A stretch of DNA of 56,771 bases, the filler included, from Platydemus manokwari (taxonomy: Eukaryota): the NCBI GenBank assembly GCA_037951405.1. It is 5 parts of 5 records of this genome, joined end to end, with 100 filler letters (N's around TTAATTAATTAA, not from the genome) between each part and the next. Parts side by side here need not be neighbours in the genome. Positions count along the whole stretch, not along the records: positions 10,978 to 25,358 come from JBBMOY011449198.1; positions 25,459 to 34,373 come from JBBMOY011330317.1; 3 more parts are not named here. One strand, 5' to 3'. Below, piece after piece: positions 15,844 through 29,010 of this stretch. A program made the position numbers and the translations under genes. The number at the start of each line of letters is the position of its first letter. Position 1 is the first letter of the stretch. Below the pieces are notes generated by a model. It saw only the letters and a list, made by a program, of their open reading frames with translations. It did not search any database and had not been told where the DNA came from.

Positions 15844-16071
15844 TCATTCGAATCGTTTCCAATAAATGATTCTTTTATCAAGTGGCCGATTTCGTTTCCA
15901 ATAGATAATTCTTTTTTCTTCTGGAGCTTGTAAATCAGAATTCAATAATCTATCGATTAACGCTCTTTTCCAGTATAAGATCCTTTTTTCAGGATAAGAT
16001 TCTGCTGTGACAATGGATAAAAATTGAGAACAAACGCCAATGATTATGAGAAATAGTAGTTTGCTATTCAT
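15844..16071 (-). CDS. Neuropeptide/peptide-hormone precursor, 75 aa, yielding ILYW and two IIYW
   Basis: ATG at 16071 (the ORF-track upstream extension from a TTG is probably spurious). Signal peptide MNSKLLFLIIIGVCSQFLSIVTA, three KR-I[L/I]YW-KR cassettes, AATAAA at 15778-15783. Confidence 0.88.
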   Translation of the reverse strand: MNSKLLFLIIIGVCSQFLSIVTAESYPEKRILYWKRALIDRLLNSDLQAPEEKRIIYWKRNRPLDKRIIYWKRFE

Positions 16072-19000
16072 TTCTGTCGTTGGTGAAGCGTTGGATTTCT
16101 TATATTTATTGATTGAAGATTTCATTGGTTGAATGACCTGGGCTGCATTGAATCTGACTGGTTGCCATGAATCCTGTTTTGCAAAATGCCATTCATTTGT
16201 TCGATGTAGGTGGGCGAATCCACTTATAGAAAATAAACCTATTAGAGAAAGGAACAATGAAGATTCGATGGGAACGGTTTTAGGCTTTTGAAAATTGTAA
16301 TCTTTAATAAAGGAATGGTGCAAGCTTTTCTAAGATTTGATATCTTCATTTCCATATGATCGATCAATATCTGGCTATTAATGAGTTATTTATGATGTTT
16401 ATGGGCTTCATGGTGTTTATGATTCGACTCCATGACGAAATTTTGGAATATGCGATGTGTGCTTTACTAATAAAGCACCTTGTCGGATAAAGGTGATCAA
16501 ATAAAATATTTATCAAATCTTTATACTTCAAAGAATTCATACAAAATCTAGTATCATTTTAAAATGAAATTAAATCATTAATATCGATAATAATAATAAT
16601 TTAGATATTAAAAGATAAGTAACATAAATTACCTAAGGTGCATATAGAATGCTTTCACACACAACTAAACACGCACAGTAGCCGACTTTTCACCGGTATT
16701 AAGAATTACTAATCCCAATTATAGTTTTGGAAACATTGAAGAAAAAAGAAAACATAGAAATCTGTTACTATGTGGACAGGAATAACATTGAATATTGACA
16801 GTTTGAAGCAATGGCATATTTAGTTGCTGCATGCTACTTTCAATGAATCTTACACAAAAAATGCTTTGTTGAAAATCAACATTACCAATCCTCTGGTAAC
16901 CAAATTACTTCAGTTCAACTATTAAGTTCAATTTCAGTTAGAGTTGCACCTCAAGAGCTGGTTAAGGATCTTGTGTAGATGGAAACTTTCAGCCAAGTAA
17001 ATATCGATGCTTTAATGACGAAGTATTTTATATTGGTCACATTTTAAGGATCTGTCTAGAAAACAATGATATATTGACTCTTGCTTTAGTCAATAGAAAC
17101 ATTAAAGAAAGACTTTGATAAGATAAATCTCAAAAACATTATCCAGTGAATTACCATGAAGAAAATTTCGTGAGCAAAAATTGATCAGCACATACGCTGT
17201 CTACTTAAATCGACGAAAATTCTTTTCTTGACTTATAAAAAGAAAGAAAATAGTAGGATATATCTCATACCATTTATTTAAGTTATCAGAGAAAGCAATG
17301 GGACTTAAACTAGATTGGCAATATAATGAGATACTAATGCTTAAAAGAAGTACACCATATCATCAGTGCATCACTTAGCTTAACAGTCTGTGCTAATCAG
17401 GAGAAAATCATTAATCAGGTGCTGAGATTAGATGAAATGAAAAAATAAAAAATGTTATCGCATTGATCTCCAATCATCAATCAAAATCACAGCTCAGCTT
17501 CCTATCTGCTAGGTATTGGTTTACTAGAGACTTAATAAGAATATTTTGTTTGAAGCCTTTTGGATTTCTCAGAGCATGTTGAAAGTTAGAGTCACAATAC
17601 AATAATCCCTTATTTCTCATTATTTGATCTATTATAGGCTTATTTGTAAAATATCTTAAGTCCTCTATGACTTTATGTGAGGCCTGCTTAGGTTCAAATA
17701 GAATTGTTGATGATAGTTCCGGAACCTTGTAAAAGTTATTATTATTATATTTTTTTTAACTCCTTACACAAACAGGCACTGCTCTTTAGTCGTCTGAAGG
17801 GGATAGCTGGAGAATATTCAAAATTTATGTAGATCTCAGGAAACAGTAAGTTGGTCACTGCACTAGCAAATACTCGAAAAATTGTTGAATAATCCTAATT
17901 TTTCAATTATGAAATGCACAATCACCAGCTTGATTAAGCAGAACATGTTGTAGATGTGATAAGCATGGTCATAATGCCAAGGATTTTAGATATTGAACTG
18001 TTACAACTCTGCTCAACGAATCAGCCAACATTCATGGCCATATTTACCGTTTTTTGTCGAGAATTTCGATCTTGTTAACAAATTGTGGAACCGTTAAATA
18101 TGTAATAATGCTAAATTTATAATAGTAATTAATAGGTTTGAATAACACCAGTTTTCTAAGCAATCTGATGAAGAAAATCAAAACATTGATCAAGTTATGT
18201 GGATAATCTTTATAAAAATTGAATTATTGATATTGAATCTTATTGGTTAGATTGGTAATCTATCAAAAGTGATTGTAAAAATACACTCAACACTGATCTA
18301 TTGCCAACATAAAAAATTTCCCATTCGATATATTTTATAACTCTACATGATGAATGAAATGTTTATCGTGAGAATGAGAATAATGCTAAATAACCGGAAA
18401 CCAGATAAATAAAATGGATGGACTGCATTTATGATGTCACTTGTGATATATCAATTCTATTCTAATAAGAATCTGCAACTAATTCGTCATTTCTAATTAA
18501 CGTGATAGAGAAAAGGTTAATTAGATTAAGTATTTTTCTTCATTCAAATAAAGAACAAGTTTTATTAAAATTTTGACTTCTACTAATGAACCGATAACCG
18601 TTTTCGTAGTTAAATAAAATTTCATTTATTGAAGTCGAATTGTTGTAGTTTACAGTTGTATTTGTATTTGTATTAATATTTCATCCATTTGCCCGATTTG
18701 ATCAAATTAAGGTTTAAAATGTATTTATTTTATAAAACTACTATTTTATTAAGTAGGAATTTTAAAAAATCCAACCAAAAACATAGTTTATTACAGTTAT
18801 TCTTATATTGATCATTTATTTTAAGTTCTTCAAGTGTAAATCAGCTCCAAATACTTTCGCATTTCTTTGCTTGTTGAAGTCGTCAATAATAATTTGATGA
18901 TCACACAAAATACTCAATATTTTTTAAAATAAATATCTATTGCCAAATATTTAAGCAATTTTTTAAAGATAATAGCTGACAAAATCCCAAGGAGAAAAAA

Positions 19001-20247
19001 TTGATTATAGAACTTCATATTACATTAATAGTCTTTAAATTAATAGACTATAATATAAAATAAGGTTAGTCGCAACCTTAAAAATAATCATCAAACATTT
19101 ATCAACAACAATTTTAATAATAATTCCAATGATAAAACAGGAAATACATTCATACGAATTTTCTGAATCAATAAGCTGAATTGATTTGATAGATAAACTA
19201 TTTTTTACTTCATAATAACTTCGGTCCAGAATTAAATTTTTATACCTACTGAGTAATACTACAAGTTTAAAATATATAAGTAATTGAAAAGAAACAGTTT
19301 AATTGTCATGTAACTAACTCAACACACACACAATTATCAATATCAATTCGATCTTTGTTCATACTTGAGTTGAAGTCTTAATTGAGTTAAAATGATAAAT
19401 GAATTTAAAAATCATGTTTTTATAAGTGAAAATGATATTAAAAAGATTCTATCCTACAAAGTTTTCACGTAACGTTAAAGTTTGTCTTCCAATCATAATT
19501 TTCAAAAAACACGTTGACCCATCTGAGGAGCACAATAAAGCAAACTTGGGCAACTTCTGGCCAATTTTCTCATTCGAATTTTGAATAATTAAGTCTTCAT
19601 TATTGTCAATTATTGTGATTAATTAGCCAAAAAATTTCAAAATTTTCCAATCAAAATCAAATCCAGTTAAGTGACAAATGAAGTTTCTCCTTCACAAAAC
19701 ATCAATTATCAAAACAATTTTTCGTTTTTTTTGAAATTTGGCTTCTGGGTTTTATGGTAATTATTAAAATGTTAATATGAATACATCCGAACCAAGCCAG
19801 TGCTAGAATAGTGTTACAAAATTTTCAGTACATGGATCAAAATTAGTAGTTGGATTTCATAAGTGATCGATGAAGCTATTTCATAAAAGGAAAATCGAAA
19901 ATATAGGGAGACATATAGATGTGAGTATTTAGTCCACATTCCTCAGAAGAGTGTGATGAAAACAAAGTTAATGAAGACTTAATATGTTTATCGCATTAGG
20001 ATGTTGTTACTTGCAATTGTTTAAGCGAACAACATCATTCGATCAAATTTATACTATTCTTTGAAATTAAAAGAATCTTTATAGAGAATAAAATTATTAT
20101 TACTAAAAAAATAATTTCAAAAGCTTCATTATATAAAATAGCTTCACCATAAATTTATTAACAGTTCATTGGTTTGAAGGTTTTATTACTAAACTCCAAT
20201 TTGTATATTTGTTTTTTTATTTTGGTTGTTAAATATAAAAATATTTT

Positions 20248-20958
20248 TATGACTGATGGTAATAACAATGATGTTCATAAATTATTATTATTGCTATTAT
20301 TATTAATATTCCTACTGTTGTTACAACTCTTTCAAATTTTTCTTTCAATTCATAATGGTGAATAGGCACATATATATGGCATTGAATAATAGAATTGGAA
20401 ATTTTCGAAAAAAATTGGAATACGATGATGTAATGATCTATTTATATTTTTGGGTCAAATGATCACTAATTCCATCTAAGAACTACGAGGCTTGAAAAAA
20501 TCTTTCGTTGTTGTTCAATATGGAGAATATGAAACTCGATGTTATGGAATTTTCTCAAATATTCTTTTATGCGATTATATGTTTAATTATAACAAAAATT
20601 TGTCACTTTTGAATATCAAATTAGACATGATATTCAATTATTTGAGTAATGTTGATGGTTTTGATAATATGTTAAACACTGACAATGTTGTGGATGATAA
20701 AGATTAAAAAGTTTTTAAAAAAGCTCAAAGACTGAGTGAAAAGAATTTAAATTTAAAAACCAGAATAGAAAAATGTCACGAAATATTGAAAAAGTCGAGA
20801 TATCCGATCCAAACGATATATTAAATGAAATTTTTAATTGTTTTCCGGATAAAATATCAAATCAAAATGATAATCAAAACAAACCATATTTAGGAGTAAG
20901 CAAGGGATTCAATAAAAACGCTAACGATTGCAACATGAAAACGAGCTTTTTAAGCAAT
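20248..20958 (+). pseudogene. Disrupted putative 5' exon of the sushi-domain membrane protein gene
   Basis: One frame joins ORFs 20174 and 20492 (Leu-rich hydrophobic start) through several stops, then shifts into ORF 20773. That ORF has a phase-0 donor GTGAGA at 20959 compatible with exon 21250. Confidence 0.35.
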
Positions 20959-21249
20959 GTGAGAAAGACTATTGGTGATTGTTAGCCGCTCATACTATTT
21001 TATTAACCACAAAATAATATCAAACCAAAAAAAGTCAAGACACAATCAAGTCTATTTTAAATCCAATTATTTAAACAAATATTTTCAATTTTACATTAAC
21101 TTAATTTTTTATAAAATTAAATTAAATCTGAATAAAATTTGAAGAAATGTAAATTAAAATTGTTTCAAATTAAATTGAAATTCATTTAATATCAATAATC
21201 TCACAGTGATAATTCGGGTTTCAAAACAATTACAATTTTCAGTTTTCAG

Positions 21250-24200
21250 CGTCTGTTGAAATTATTTGCATCTCTAGCATATCATAATAAGTACGAAATT
21301 GATTTTATTAATAACCTTGTAACGTTATATTAATAATACCATTACAATTTTTACGTTAAATATTTTTCCAATATTAAATTAATTTAGACAAAAATTGTTG
21401 GAGGATTATTTGGAAGGACAGATAGTGATTCTGATAATAAGACATTGTCAAAACGGAATTCCGATGAATATCTTTTACCGGACTCATTAAATAACTTAGA
21501 AAACGTGTATAACTTTGCCATAACTTGTAAGCATTTTAGTTCTCGATAAAACAATTGATATTCTATTTACTGAGATCATTTTATATATTGTTATAAAATT
21601 GCGTATACATTTTAATTATAACTAATATTATTCTATTGTAACTTAATTTTAATATTCAAAATTACATTTGACTCGATTAATATCACTCACCCTAATATCA
21701 TGATTATTGGAAAAAATAAAATTTTCATTTAATAATTTTAAATATCGTTTTAATAAATTTGGAAAAATCTGGTTTGCTAGATTTATGAATAAATTAGATT
21801 AAGAAATTTTCAAAAAGTGGATAAAGATAAATTGATCGTTTTAATTGGATTAATTATGATTGGTTATGAAATAATCATTTTTCCTGCAACAGATGATGTG
21901 ATATTAATTGATTTAGGCCGTATTTTAAAATATTTTTAATTTTCACACATTTTAAATCTATTTTATTATCGTATTTAAATCAATTTTACTAAAAGCTATT
22001 TGTAGGGAACACGAATACAGAAACAAATTTATTTTTTGATATGGAATTTAAATATGGAATAGAAAAGTCCTATGTATATTCGGTTACAAACTATACTGAA
22101 TGTGGAGATAGTTTTATGTGTAATTTTGATAGAACTTATTATATCGATAAATCGATCTATGAGTCTACATTGCGAGTCTACAATTCAAGAAAAAAATTAG
22201 ACACGGATTGGATAAAAGCTTCTTTAAGCAGTGAGTTCAACAGTTCATCTTTGATTAAATTTTATTTTTTTATTTTATTTTATAATTCTTGCTAGCTAAT
22301 ATGCATTATAAATTTCATTTCATCTATTTTTTATCTGTTTATTCTATTATTTTTACTTATCATTAATCTTTGACGGCCTGTACTTATGATAAATTAATTT
22401 TCTAATAGATTTAAAACAAATTTCAATTTTTAATAAAAAACAATTCGTTCAGGAGCTTGATTCCATATATTGGATCAAATAATAGAAAAATTCTCCAGTC
22501 ATCCATTAAATGAAAATACTTTTACAAAAATTATAAATCTGACATGTATTTTGAGAAAATTATTTCACCGAGAAACATTTATTAGAATTAATTTTTATGG
22601 ACGGAATTTCAAGAAACATTATTTTCTTTGATTTTCCCAATTTCGTGTTAAGGGTATTTTGATATGTATTGAGATGCGTTAAGATTAAATAATCAACACT
22701 ATGGGAAATCAAACTAAAGTGCTTGATGTTTGAGGTGTGAAATTATTTATAATATTTCAAAAATAAAGCATTGAGAAGTTTCAATATCGACAAAGCTTCC
22801 TGAAAAGTTGAATCGTCGAAAGAAATTTGCGGGATTAATTTCAGTAAAACAATGAGTCATTGCCAGTTGATTTGTGTGAAATTTGATTTGACAATAAAAG
22901 GTTTCTGTGTTCATTTGGAAGGACAATTCGATAAAAGACATTATAAAAAAATCTATAACGTGGTGATAAGGTTTGTTAGCCTTTCATTTATAATAACCTT
23001 TAATCGATGTAAAATATGAGAAATAATCAATCAATCAAATCACAAAGACTCGGTTTCCCGTCCTGTATCTCAAAGATTATTCCAACTTTAAACCACCCTC
23101 GTGTGTTTAAACGAATCGATAATGTACTCATTAAGCAGATAACACAATGAGACTCATTAATATGATAAAAATTGATCGGTGTAAATCAAAATATGACTAA
23201 ATTTGTGATATTTTTTAAACAATAAAGTTTTATTTAAATGACCTTTGTTATTTATCATGATTGTTGTGCAAAACATTAATAATTTGTTTCGGATTGAAAT
23301 ATTTTTACCATTATGAATGGATTATAATTTATTAAAATGTTCTGCTGTAGTTATCAGTAATATATTTCAGGAAATGTTTGTGACCATCCCAAATGGAAAC
23401 TGGTGAAGCTTAATTCAATGAAATTTAATGAAGGCGAAAATATAACGATTGTTGAATGTATTGATCCATCAATGAAAATGAAAAATTCATACCAGATATT
23501 GACATGTGTGAAAATGTCGAATGGTGAAATGCAATGGCAACCGAATCCATTTTTCGATGGTGAATTCTGTGAAAGTATTTCTGAAAGTATATTTTATTTT
23601 CATTTAACTTATTTATGGTCCAGGGAATAAAAACCTTTTCCAATAATTCCTAAATTTTTTGTTTTCTATTGATTTTTATCACGATAACTAATGCGTATTT
23701 TGAGTTTGGAGAATTTTTAAAGATTTAATTTTATAAAATTAAACAAATAAATTTAATTTATATAAATATGATTTTATATAAAATTTGAAATAAACATTTA
23801 ATTCATTTAAATTATCTCACACCCCCCTTTTTTTAAAATCTTTGATTTTGTTTATTGTCTCTGTACCGGATACTCAACATATTTCATTACAACAAAATTC
23901 TAATTCTTCTATCCTTTAATATCTTCTTTTACATTTCCATTATATCTTATTTTATATCTCCATTATATTTTCCTTAATATTTCCTGTATATCTACTTTTA
24001 TATTACCCTTTTATCTCTTCTACGTCTTCATATCTTCCTTTTATCTTCTTTATATGTTGTCAATATAGTCTCAGTATCTTTCTCCTTCTTTTATATAGTT
24101 TTCAATCGTTGATCTTTTCAGAATCGAACCCAGATGCGTGGTCGCCATGTTAGCGGCTACTAATTTAAAAATCACAAATTAAAAACGAACTGAAAAATCA

Positions 24201-25308
24201 AGACAACTAAATTCTATTTTAAATACAAATATTTATACAAATAAATTTAATTTTATATTAATATGTTTTCATCTAAAATTAGAATTAAAAATTTAATTCA
24301 TTTAAAACATATCACAATACCACATAGAGTGTTTTTAAAAAAGCTGAAGAAAATCAAAGGATTTTAAAGAAAAGAAGTATGGCGAATAAATGAGAATTGT
24401 TAAAGGTTTAATGTTACATAAATTTATATTGATTTGTTTATATAATTCGGTGTCTTGACTTTTCAGTTTGTTTTCGAGTCGAGTTTTATAAAACAGTAGC
24501 CACCTTACATTATTAAATAGGTCTATTATCATTTTTTTTTCTAATGTCTATCTTGTCTAATTCATTAAATATTCTTTTATAGAATTAGATTTTATGTCGC
24601 AAATTAATTTAATTTAATTTATCTTTTTCAGATCCTGATAAACCACAAGTTCTATTAGAAGGTAACGTAACATATATTTTAATTGGAGTGGCAGCTTTGG
24701 TTTTGATATGTCTTACTATTTCCATTGTAATCATTTTCAAAAGAAGACAGAAAAATAGACTTACTTCCAAGTTAGTTTCTGGATGTAATTGCACTATCGA
24801 TCTGAATGAGAGTAATATAATCGAAATTATAAAATAAATTTATTTAATAATCTGAGATTTTCATTAGATAATCTAAGTTTTCTTTATCATTAAATTATTG
24901 CCTAAAATGGTTCAATTGTTGCTTTTAGGTATACGACTGAATTCATTTCATAATCATTTAACTCAAATCTTATATCTTTAATGTGTTTTTTTGATAAGGT
25001 TTTTTCGAAAATAATTTTTTGGTAATCAATATATAAAAAATATCAAAAAATAAAATAAGATGCATGGATTGGAATAAATTATTTGTCTGAAACAATAAAA
25101 AGAGCAAACCATTTTGAAACTAACTTGATAATTTTATGAAAAATGGATTCATGTAGCTTTTAGAGTTATTATTATTATTATTAAACAGTTATTTTATTGA
25201 CGTTGTTATAAATTTGCAATTAAGAACATTTTAATTTTAGCACAAATTTGGGCTTGAGTGTCAGTTCAGAATTTCCCATGGAAGGAATATATGAAAATCC
25301 TTTAGACG
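21250..25308 (+). CDS. Type I membrane protein with sushi/CCP-like domain, TM helix and cytoplasmic YENP motif (multi-exon, partial)
   Basis: Phase-consistent GT-AG exons 21250-21318, 21388-21526, 22006-22230, 23371-23574 (CDHP...C...LTC....W......C, phase 1-1), 24632-24770 (YILIGVAALVLICLTISIVIIF-KRRQK) and 25241-25308 (EGIYENPLD). Confidence 0.7.
23700..24300 (+). repeat. Interspersed repeat family, copy B (intronic)
   Basis: Reverse-complement similarity to 12030-12500, including the pyrimidine-rich tract and CAGATGCGTGG core; boundaries approximate. Confidence 0.65.
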
Positions 25309-25358
25309 GTAAGTGTATTTAATGTTAAAAATAAAATTGATGTACAAATACACTTATT

Positions 25359-25458
25359 NNNNNNNNNNNNNNNNNNNNNNNNNNNNNNNNNNNNNNNNNN
25401 NNTTAATTAATTAANNNNNNNNNNNNNNNNNNNNNNNNNNNNNNNNNNNNNNNNNNNN
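25359..25458. other. Assembly gap with artificial linker
   Basis: N44-TTAATTAATTAA-N44. Confidence 0.98.
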
Positions 25459-25759
25459 AATTTTGTTTTGTTTGTGTTTTGTTTTTTTTGTTTAGCGAAA
25501 AAACCGGAAAGGAATTACCGACACACCTGGTATATATACACTGTCTAGATGTCCGATATGTTATTAATTTTGAAGCTATGTATATAATGCAGGAAAAATG
25601 TAAGATGTTGAATCTTTAATCCTAAGGAATTTTGCATTGTTATCTTATGGTTCTCATAGGACAATTTTTAATTTGAACAATGAACAAAATATAGTGCAAA
25701 ATGAATCAATAAATTATACAAGTATTGTTAAAATATTTAATTTTTAACTGTCTTTTATG

Positions 25760-26900
25760 AACATGAAATACACAAATTCAAAACCAGAGTGGAAAGGATT
25801 TGAGTATCGAAGAGAAATAGAAATTGTTAAAATTATTCGATGAACATAAAGGTTGCTCTCGACGCTTTCTTTCATCAAAATATAATCTTTCATTAGGCTG
25901 TATAAATAATCTAATGAAATCTAAAGACTCGATTTTGAATTTAAAGAATATGAAGATAGGAACGTTTATAATTGTGACGAAACTGGACTGTTTGGAAATG
26001 CTCATTAAACAAAACATGTATAATTTCTAAAGAGGATAAGGCAAATGGTAATTTTTCTAAATATCGAATTACTATACTCTCGGGAGCAAACATGTTAGCA
26101 GAAAAATTAAAGCCTTTAGTGATAGCAGATCGAAGAAACCTGCTTGTTGTTTTCAAAATTTTGATATAGGAAAATTGCCTACTTATTATCTTATACATTA
26201 TCTTAGATGACGTTGGCAGTTTTCAAAGATTGATTTAAAGATTTAAACAGTATAATGAGAGCAGAGGATCGGAAAATTTTATTAATTTTTTGACAACAAA
26301 CCTATTCACCCAAAAGACATTGAATTGAGTAATATCGAATTATTCTTTCCCTACCAAATACGTCATCTCTTATTAAACATCTTGATCAAGGTATTCTAAA
26401 AAGCTTTAAAGGCCATTATAAGAAACTTGTGAGCCTGTTAGTGAATTTTGATTTAGATAATAACATTACACAAGATATATGATGTAAAAAGGATGATTTA
26501 TATCACGCAGTAGTTTGGATTTCGAAAGTATCGAATAGTGTAAAACCTGTGACTATTTCTAATTGTTTTACCAAGTCTTTCGAAAATGCATATGTTAAAG
26601 AAGGGAATACTGAATGTGGTGATTTTCTACGTTTTGAAATTAATCCAAAATTTGACGAACATCTCTTGTTTAATTTTGTCGAATAGTATGAAAATAAAGA
26701 AACAAATGATAATTCTTTTGAAGAGGTGAAAGAAGATACAGTAATAATAGGATTTAAAGCCTATGAGATGCAAGAAAACTTGAAAAATACTTCCAAGCTA
26801 ATATTTCTGACAAGCTAAATAAAAAATGGGATTTGATTGAAGAAATTCGCGGAGAAAAAGCATCTAGACAATTGAAAATCACTGACTTTATTATGTGTCA
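25760..26900 (+). mobile_element. Degenerate Tigger/pogo (CENP-B-like) transposase remnant
   Basis: HTH-psq-like LSIEEK..LLKLFDEHKGCSRRFLSSKYNLSLGCINNLMK and DDE_1-like RKILL..D...HPKDIELSNIELFF..PNTSSLIKHLDQGILKSFKGHYKK, with frameshifts and stops. Confidence 0.8.
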
Positions 26901-28589
26901 AAGAAATACAAATTGTGATAAATAAGTGTAATAAATACTTTTTGTGAAATCTTTGATATTGTTATGTTAATAACTGGTCATATTATTTTTTAATATGAAA
27001 ATTTTAAAAAAATTGGAACGCTAGTGTTCATATTGAACAGGGTTGTCCATGTAAATATATAAGAAAAAATGAATAGTTTTAGCAAATATAAAATCCCCAT
27101 ATTTAAATAAAGATTTCATTTTTATTGAGAGCCATGTCTTATTCATTATTAACGAAATGCTCGAGAGAACTACATATAAATTTTGCAATGTTCTTATTCT
27201 TAAGTAACTTGCATTGAAAAATCCTTTATTTCTTTGCTTCCCTGATAACTTATCATTCTTTATTCGTTCATATTACAGTACAAAAGGCCTTATTAATTAA
27301 AGCATGAACTGTCTGTCTTTATTTGTAATTTCTCTCTTTTTACTTCAATTGAAATCATTGATCAAAACTATTGTGTTCAATTGTTAAGATGTTGAGATAT
27401 TTTTGTTTTCAGTTGTGACATTTTATCACTTGTTAGTTTCCAAGAAATCATTCTAATATGAATTCAAGCACGTTTTTCATTACAAATATTTATTTTATTT
27501 TATTTTCCCATCAACATTAAATAAGAACGAAATATTTTTTGTTACTTTTTCGTCAAATTTTTGAATAATTGTTTAAAAATTTATTTTAATTTTATATAAA
27601 TCAAACAGTATTTTTTCCAATGTTTCTGATTTATGAATCTTTTACGATTAGTAAATCTGGACTGATTTTTAAGAAAATTTCAAGTAGTAGATTGTTAAGA
27701 TTTTTTAAAATATATCTTTCATTTAATATTTTAAATTTGAATGGTTACCTCAATGTTTCTCAATTATTGATTACTTTTGTAAATCTCATCGGGATGATCG
27801 ACTTTTTTTTTATTAATTTATAATCTTTTAAAAATAACTATTTATAATCTTCAGTATCAATATCGTAATTGTGGTTTAGCCTATAGTTATGTCAAATACC
27901 CGAATATTCCGAATACTGTATGTTATGATGTATTTCAGGCTTGTAGTTTTTTTATTTTTTATGTTTTTATCAGTCTCAAATTTCTTTTTGTGAAAAATCA
28001 CCGTTGTCTTGATCAGTCTCAATGACTCCTAATCAAGCCCAAGGTACAATCTATTAAACCTTTAATTTTTCTTTTCTTCACCTCAAGATCAATACTACAT
28101 GAAGATAATATGATCGGCAGCAATGATCGTGATGATTTTAATGTTATCAGTCTCAAATTGATATTTTACTCCTATAGCCTATGCAATCTATTTGACAAAT
28201 TTCAAATCAATAACGCTTCCGATACACTGATTTTTATTATTAAAACACCAATACAACAATTAAATATAAAAACCACAATTGATTTTAATACTACGATACA
28301 CCCTTAAAATACACCGAAACGATTTTTCTACAAATTCTGGATAAGAAACCGTAGTTTACTCCCATTCGCGGATCAGTACCAATTACCTTTAAGGGAAGAT
28401 TTTGAGACAAACCTCGATTATAAAATAATAATAATACGATATGTAAGATAATAACAATCAGTGGATTAACAAATCAATCGGATTCACGTTGATTTGAAAT
28501 AATATAAATTGAGATATGAATTCCGCAAAACTCAATAGACTTTGGGAACTATACGATATAAGAATTTTCAACCAACAATAGGCTGATAT

Positions 28590-29010
28590 AATATCGAAGC
28601 TAGCCGGACAGAACGTGGTTATTATTGCTGACGACCTCTCAATGCTTTTAAACCAGATGAATGCACATCAGTGTTAGTGAAAACCGTTTTTTTAATCAAG
28701 TGAACAGTGACAGTATTACACAGCTAATCATCTGAACCCTGTTTGAGGTTAACGTGCACTTCAATGACGCTGTAGCGTTTCTTACTGATAATGCAGCTCA
28801 TATGAAAAGTTTTGCATTACAATTTACGAGGAAAATTGCCTAACACCGTTTATATTTCATGTTGGGGTCACATTTTATCATTAGTTTAAGATGAGTTTTG
28901 TGAAACACTATGATTCTGATAGATGGCTGCTTCTATCAAGGTCATATTTTTCAAAGCATCAGGACGCCGTACTAGATATCTTCATCTGTGTAAAATGAAA
29001 GTTGAAAGTG
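28590..29010 (+). mobile_element. hAT-type transposase remnant
   Basis: KLAGQNVVIIADD ... AFLTDNAAHMKS ... LPNTVYISCWGHILSLV (TDNA and CxxH motifs of hAT transposases), interrupted. Confidence 0.75.

Noticed and set aside
15853-15985. YWK resemblance to the somatostatin/urotensin FWK pharmacophore
   Set aside because: No flanking cysteines, and the K belongs to the KR cleavage site
16072-16323. 84-aa N-terminal extension of the neuropeptide ORF
   Set aside because: Starts at TTG and would bury the signal peptide; probably promoter or UTR sequence
16830-17120. Possible hAT N-terminal remnant (ELVKDLV..TFSQVNI)
   Set aside because: A single weak motif
19480-19810. Possible Penelope GIY-YIG remnant (GFDFDW), with a similar weak RT-tail hint near 27200-27330
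   Set aside because: Fragments too short to support a call
22410-22650. Extra exon of the sushi gene
   Set aside because: In-frame stop in the required phase; flanking exons splice in phase without it
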